DNA of 64,000 bases from an uncultured Sphingomonadaceae bacterium. GTDB lineage: Bacteria; Pseudomonadota; Alphaproteobacteria; Sphingomonadales; Sphingomonadaceae. The translations under genes were made by a program, and so were the position numbers. Below the pieces are notes generated by a model. The model searched no databases, was not told the DNA's origin, and worked only from the letters and a program-made list of their open reading frames with translations. Positions 59,915-64,000 of this stretch are shown piece after piece. Positions within the stretch are counted from its first letter, which is position 1. The number at the start of each line of letters is the position of its first letter. The stretch is from positions 578,568 to 642,567 of the forward strand of contig CANLSQ010000002.1 in the NCBI GenBank assembly GCA_947493955.1, in the 5' to 3' direction.

Positions 59915-61558
59915 CTATTGTCCTTCTTGTGCCGCCTCTTCGGCGGCTTTCTTTTTGGTTAGCATGGTGATCTTGTCGCGGTCGACCGCGCCGGATACCC
60001 ATGCCAACACCGCATAGACAAGACCGCCCACGCTGACCAGCGCTGTAATTGATCCAATCCGCTGCCAGATATTGCCATCATAAAGTCCTTCGCCCAGTGG
60101 CGCTGTATAAATCAGCACCACCGCCATGCCGAGCGCCGAGAGAGTGATCCGCAAGATACGAAGCAACAGCGACAATTCGATCCGGTAATGCCCGCGCCGG
60201 TGCAGCATGGTGTAGAGCATGGCGCAATTGCACCAAGCTGCAATAGCGCCCGCCAGTGCCAGTCCGTAAATACCGTAAATCGGGATCAGGATGATATTGA
60301 GCGTGATGTTGATCAGCAGCGATATGCCTGCGGTATAAACCGGCGTCCGCGTATCCTTGCGGGCAAAAAATCCGGGAATCAGGACTTTGACAAGCACATA
60401 AGCAGGCAGGCCGATGACAAGGGCGGCAACTACATTGGCAGTGGTGGTGCCATCGCTGGCTTCAAAATTGCCGCCAACATAAAAGGAGGTGACGAGCGGC
60501 CCGGCGGCGAAGAACAGGGCAATGGCTGCCGGGATAGTCAGCAGCATGCCCAGCTCGATGGCATTGCTCTGCAGGCGCTGTGCACCGGCCTGATCATCTT
60601 TGGCAATGAAACGGGACAGTGCGGGCAGGATCGCCGTGCCAAGGGCAATGCCGATAATCCCGAGCGGCAACTGGTTGAGACGGTCCGCCATCGCGAGATA
60701 GACAAAACTGCCCTCCGGCAGACGGCCAAGAAAGAACAGGTCGATAAACCGGCTGATCTGATAAATGCCGGCCCCGAAAACCGCCGGCAGGATGAGGATG
60801 CCCAGCTCTTTCACATCGGCGTTGAATTTCGGTTTTCTGATTGTAAAGGAAAAACCTGCCTTGCGCGCCCAGTAGAAGAGCCACAGCATTTGCAACAAAC
60901 CGGCAAAAGCGACGCTGAATGCCAGCAGATAGGCAGCCAGATGTGCCGAGCTTTCCAGTTCTATACCGAGAAAAATCCAGTAGCTTTCTGAATCCGTTGC
61001 GACGGAGCCGTTGGTAATCGCCATGGCGGTCAGCAGCGCGCTGATCATGCAAATATTGAGCATGATGGGCGCGGCTGCGGCGGCGGCAAAACGGCTCACG
61101 CTATTCAGGATCGCCGCGAATAGCGTCGTCACACTGATCAGGCCGAGATAGGGAAAGGTGATCCAGGCCAGGCTTATCGTAAAGTCTGTGGTGCGGCCGC
61201 CTTCACCAAAATCATCAATGAACCAGATGATTGCCGGCATGGCGAGCATCATGATCGCTGAGAAGATCAGCAGGATCGGGACAAAGACCGACAGCACATC
61301 AATCGCAAAATTTTGTGCGGCGGAGCGTTGCTCATCGTCTTCCATCTTGCGATTGAACAGCGGTACAAAGGCTGCCGAAAAAGCGCCCTCCGCGAACAAC
61401 CGGCGAAAGATATTGGGCAGTTGAAATGCCAGCTGCCAGGCATCCGCTGCCGCTCCGGCACCTAGAACGCGCGCGAGGATTATATCGCGCACAAAACCAA
61501 ATATGCGGCTGACCATAGTCAGCCCCGCAATGGTTCCGGTGGATTTGAGCAAGTTCAT
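59915..61558 (-). CDS. murJ: Lipid II flippase MurJ (MviN)
   Basis: 547 aa, 14-TM MOP-superfamily protein with a conserved N-terminus (SRIFGFVRDIILARVLGAG). Confidence 0.9.
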   Translation of the reverse strand: MNLLKSTGTIAGLTMVSRIFGFVRDIILARVLGAGAAADAWQLAFQLPNIFRRLFAEGAFSAAFVPLFNRKMEDDEQRSAAQNFAIDVLSVFVPILLIFSAIMMLAMPAIIWFIDDFGEGGRTTDFTISLAWITFPYLGLISVTTLFAAILNSVSRFAAAAAAPIMLNICMISALLTAMAITNGSVATDSESYWIFLGIELESSAHLAAYLLAFSVAFAGLLQMLWLFYWARKAGFSFTIRKPKFNADVKELGILILPAVFGAGIYQISRFIDLFFLGRLPEGSFVYLAMADRLNQLPLGIIGIALGTAILPALSRFIAKDDQAGAQRLQSNAIELGMLLTIPAAIALFFAAGPLVTSFYVGGNFEASDGTTTANVVAALVIGLPAYVLVKVLIPGFFARKDTRTPVYTAGISLLINITLNIILIPIYGIYGLALAGAIAAWCNCAMLYTMLHRRGHYRIELSLLLRILRITLSALGMAVVLIYTAPLGEGLYDGNIWQRIGSITALVSVGGLVYAVLAWVSGAVDRDKITMLTKKKAAEEAAQEGQ

Positions 61559-61678
61559 CGAGCTCGCAACCGGCTTAAGTCATTTCCGTTGGTCCTGAGT
61601 CTGTCGAGACACGTCTCAAGACGACAAACGGGCTTCGACAAGCTCAGCCCCGATGGCTTGCTTGCAAAAGGAGATCGA

Positions 61679-62191
61679 TCAGGCGTTGCCAACCGGTTGT
61701 TCTCCGGTTTCCATCGCAGCCTGCTGCTCACGCTGCTGCATGTAAAGCGCAGTGAAATCGATTGGCTCAAGCATCAGTGGCTGAAATCCGGCATCGCGCA
61801 CGGCGTCGGAAATAATCGCACGGGCGAACGGGAAAAGCAGGCGCGGTGCTTCGGCAAACAAGAACGGATGCGCTTGCTCGTCTGGCACATTACGCAGCCC
61901 GAAAAGGCCGCAGTATAATAGTTCAACCTGAAATGCGATGCCCTGATCGGCCTTTGCGACAACGTCGATCTTCAGCTCAACTTCATTGACTTCGTCCGCT
62001 ACCGGCTTTGAGCCGATGTTAAACTGCACGTCGATTTGCGGTTGTGTTTCCCACTGATAGACGTCCGGCGCATTCGGGTTTTCTACCGACAGATCTTTTA
62101 TATACTGCGAGATCACCCCAATTTGTGGTTGGTTGTCCGCGCCATTGGCCGCCGGATCCGGGGTTGTCACATTACCATTTTCTTCAGCCAT
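61679..62191 (-). CDS. secB: Protein-export chaperone SecB
   Basis: SecB core (GVISQYIKDLSVENPNAP...FLFAEAPRLLFPFARAIIS). The ATG at 62191 has an AAAGGA RBS; an alternative GTG lies at 62218. Confidence 0.85.
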   Translation of the reverse strand: MAEENGNVTTPDPAANGADNQPQIGVISQYIKDLSVENPNAPDVYQWETQPQIDVQFNIGSKPVADEVNEVELKIDVVAKADQGIAFQVELLYCGLFGLRNVPDEQAHPFLFAEAPRLLFPFARAIISDAVRDAGFQPLMLEPIDFTALYMQQREQQAAMETGEQPVGNA

Positions 62192-62498
62192 TTGGCTCGT
62201 CCTTTCGGGATATTCCACAATATTCAGATCTGGAGCATAGCCATGCCCCGTTTGCAGCGCGCCTAGCAGGGGATGGGGGACAGGGCAATGCCCGAAATGT
62301 GCTGGCTGTCCAGTCTATAATGCAGCGACATTGGCATAATTTCGTCAGCGGTCATTCACAATCAGACGGATAAACCGTCAGAAGTTATGAACCGATTGTG
62401 ACTACATTAAGCGCAGCCGCGTGTAAAAGACGCGAAAGCCATTTGAAACTGGCGCAGTTCCTGCCTATGTAGGGGGTAACTGAGATATTGGAGATATC

Positions 62499-63188
62499 GT
62501 GACTATCGAGATTGTTCTTTTAGCGATGGTAGCTGCTTTTTTGGGCCTGCGCCTCTATTCCGTTTTGGGTAAACGCACCGGCCATGAGCAGGAGCATACC
62601 CCCCGAAACGTAGAGAATGGCTTGGATAAGCGCGCTCAAGACCGGTCTGTGCGCGATGATCAGCGGGATAGTCCGATTCCAGATATCGTCCCCGCTTCAC
62701 CTGCTCCGGCGCCACAACCAACGATGATCTATGATGCCGCTGCCGAATCGGGCATGCGTGCGATTATCAATGCGGACCGCAATTTCGATGCCGGACGTTT
62801 TGTCGAGGGTGCCAAGGCTGCCTATGGCATGATTTTGGAAGCATTTTGGACTGGCGATCGTGAGCAGTTGAAAGAATTGTGCGACGATGATGTCTATGAA
62901 AGCTTTGTCGAGGCCATTGACGCCCGTGAGGCCAATGGCGAGGTCTTGGAAAACCGTCTGGTAAGGATCGAAGAGGCACGGATTGCCGATGCGGACTATG
63001 ATCGTCGGATGGCGCGGATCACGGTGCGCTTTGATGCCGATATCGCCGCTGTTGTCAAAGACAAGGACGGTAAATTGATCGGCGGATCGCTTACTGATGC
63101 TGTCGAGACGCATGACGTCTGGACCTTCATGCGTGATCTTTCCAGTGCCGATCCGAACTGGATTCTCGACGAGACAGATGAAGCGTAA
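62499..63188 (+). CDS. Tim44-like domain protein
   Basis: An N-terminal TM helix and a C-terminal Tim44/NTF2-like domain. Divergent from secB, which is the conserved alphaproteobacterial arrangement. Confidence 0.75.
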   Translation: MTIEIVLLAMVAAFLGLRLYSVLGKRTGHEQEHTPRNVENGLDKRAQDRSVRDDQRDSPIPDIVPASPAPAPQPTMIYDAAAESGMRAIINADRNFDAGRFVEGAKAAYGMILEAFWTGDREQLKELCDDDVYESFVEAIDAREANGEVLENRLVRIEEARIADADYDRRMARITVRFDADIAAVVKDKDGKLIGGSLTDAVETHDVWTFMRDLSSADPNWILDETDEA

Positions 63189-63216
63189 GTCCTGCGTGGG
63201 ACGAAGCACTATAATC

Positions 63217-64000
63217 ATGAAAATCGGGGGATTATTCGGCGCAATGGCGCTTGTCAGCGCCTGTTCGCTATCGATTATTCCCGAGGGTACGGCGCGCGGC
63301 GCACCTGCTGAAGACGGTCAATGGACTGCAGGTCCGCCGTCTAGCCCCGAACCAGCGCGTAATCCCGTCTGGCAAGCACCAGTCAGTCAAACGGCCGGGA
63401 CTTTCGAGGTCGTCACCTCTGATCAGGTCACGCCTGTTTCTGACGATGACACCAGGGCGACCGGTGTGGGCGTTGCGCTGGGCCCTGATATTTCGTCGCT
63501 TAATCTGCAATCGGGCAAAGCCCGTGCGGCGCTGCAGTCTTTTCGCACCAGCTGTTCGTCCTTGGTACGGCGGACTGACAACAGCGGCCTGACCCAGGGC
63601 GAAGATTGGCGGCAATCCTGCGATGCCGCCAGTGGCTGGCCGGATAGCGATGCGCGCAGCTTTTTTGAAAGCTATTTTGAGGCCGTGCAGGTTGGTGATG
63701 GCAAGGCCTTTGCCACCGGTTATTTTGAACCACAGATTCAAGGATCGCGCATGCGCACCAATGGCAGTCAGGTACCGATTTACAAGCGCCCGTCCAATTT
63801 ACTCGATGTCAATCTCGGCGAGTTTTCAGATGCCCTGAAAGACAAACGTATCCGCGGCAAGGTGGAGGGCACCAGGCTGGTTCCGTTTGAAGAGCGCGCG
63901 CAAATTGACGATGGCGCTTTGCAGGGGAGGGGCCTCGAACTGGCCTGGGCGTCTGACTATATCGAATTTTTCTTCCTGCAGATTCAAGGCTCCGGCCGCG
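63217..64000 (+). CDS. mltA: Membrane-bound lytic murein transglycosylase A (MltA), C-terminus runs off the window end
   Basis: Lipoprotein signal (LVSACS) and MltA-like motifs (…GYFEPQIQGS…, …FFFLQIQGSG…). Absent from the ORF track because it is truncated by the window end. Confidence 0.75.
   Translation, partial: MKIGGLFGAMALVSACSLSIIPEGTARGAPAEDGQWTAGPPSSPEPARNPVWQAPVSQTAGTFEVVTSDQVTPVSDDDTRATGVGVALGPDISSLNLQSGKARAALQSFRTSCSSLVRRTDNSGLTQGEDWRQSCDAASGWPDSDARSFFESYFEAVQVGDGKAFATGYFEPQIQGSRMRTNGSQVPIYKRPSNLLDVNLGEFSDALKDKRIRGKVEGTRLVPFEERAQIDDGALQGRGLELAWASDYIEFFFLQIQGSGR

Noticed and set aside
1-64000. Searched for CRISPR arrays, rRNA, transposases, integrases, restriction-modification genes and toxin-antitoxin pairs
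   Set aside because: No repeat-spacer periodicity, no rRNA-like conserved blocks, and no DDE, tyrosine or serine recombinase motifs. None of the ORFs has RM or TA signatures.

Overview
This 64 kb window looks like a GC-rich (about 55-58 percent) chromosomal segment of an alphaproteobacterium, probably a sphingomonad-like organism. That taxonomic placement is inferred from gene content and order only. Coding density is high and almost every long ORF has a recognisable family. From left to right the window holds:

- 1-7,300: an acyclic-terpene/fatty-acid beta-oxidation locus. It has an AtuA-like gene truncated at the window edge, a divergent TetR regulator, and a thiolase / FadB-like multifunctional enzyme / acyl-CoA dehydrogenase operon.
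- 7,400-11,600: purine salvage (phosphoribosyltransferase plus adenosine/adenine deaminase), a GST, an FMN reductase and a sugar epimerase.
- 11,700-15,700: an accessory block of amidohydrolase, NTF2-like, SDR and NmrA genes.
- 15,800-20,500: an ECF sigma factor with a two-TM partner, convergent with a three-gene envelope module (DUF3604 lipoprotein, membrane-anchored PPIase, extended HupE/UreJ transporter).
- 20,600-24,650: a TauD dioxygenase, a DUF885 lipoprotein and an AraC regulator.
- 24,700-31,400: an Rrf2(IscR-like)-sufBCDS-sufT-sufA operon carrying three extra translationally coupled ORFs (82 aa unknown, 108 aa secreted Cys-containing, GNAT).
- 31,400-33,900: a soluble SPFH-domain protein, two tandem tRNA-like genes on the minus strand (tRNA-Arg ACG plus an anomalous second one), and a low-GC orphan gene.
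- 34,000-37,000: etfBA and an orphan sucC.
- 37,100-47,600: housekeeping genes ppa, an M61 peptidase, hisS-prfA-prmC-DUF4167, ygfZ, pyrC and rarD.
- 48,100-53,000: a second accessory block of GNAT, DUF1330, a lipoprotein and an SDR / P450 / ABM-monooxygenase / NTF2 operon.
- 53,000-64,000: murA, a class II aldolase, a GNAT, an S9 peptidase, Lrp, trpS, murJ, secB, a Tim44-like gene and mltA (truncated at the window end).

No CRISPR array, rRNA, transposase or integrase is visible. The most notable non-coding signals are:

- a GTTTACGTAAAC-type palindrome shared by the fadAB and etfBA promoters;
- an IscR type-1-like box upstream of the Rrf2 gene;
- a 16 bp perfect palindrome at 12,602-12,617;
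- a 29 bp palindrome plus T-run terminator at 23,692-23,741 that may close a small RNA;
- several bidirectional intrinsic terminators.
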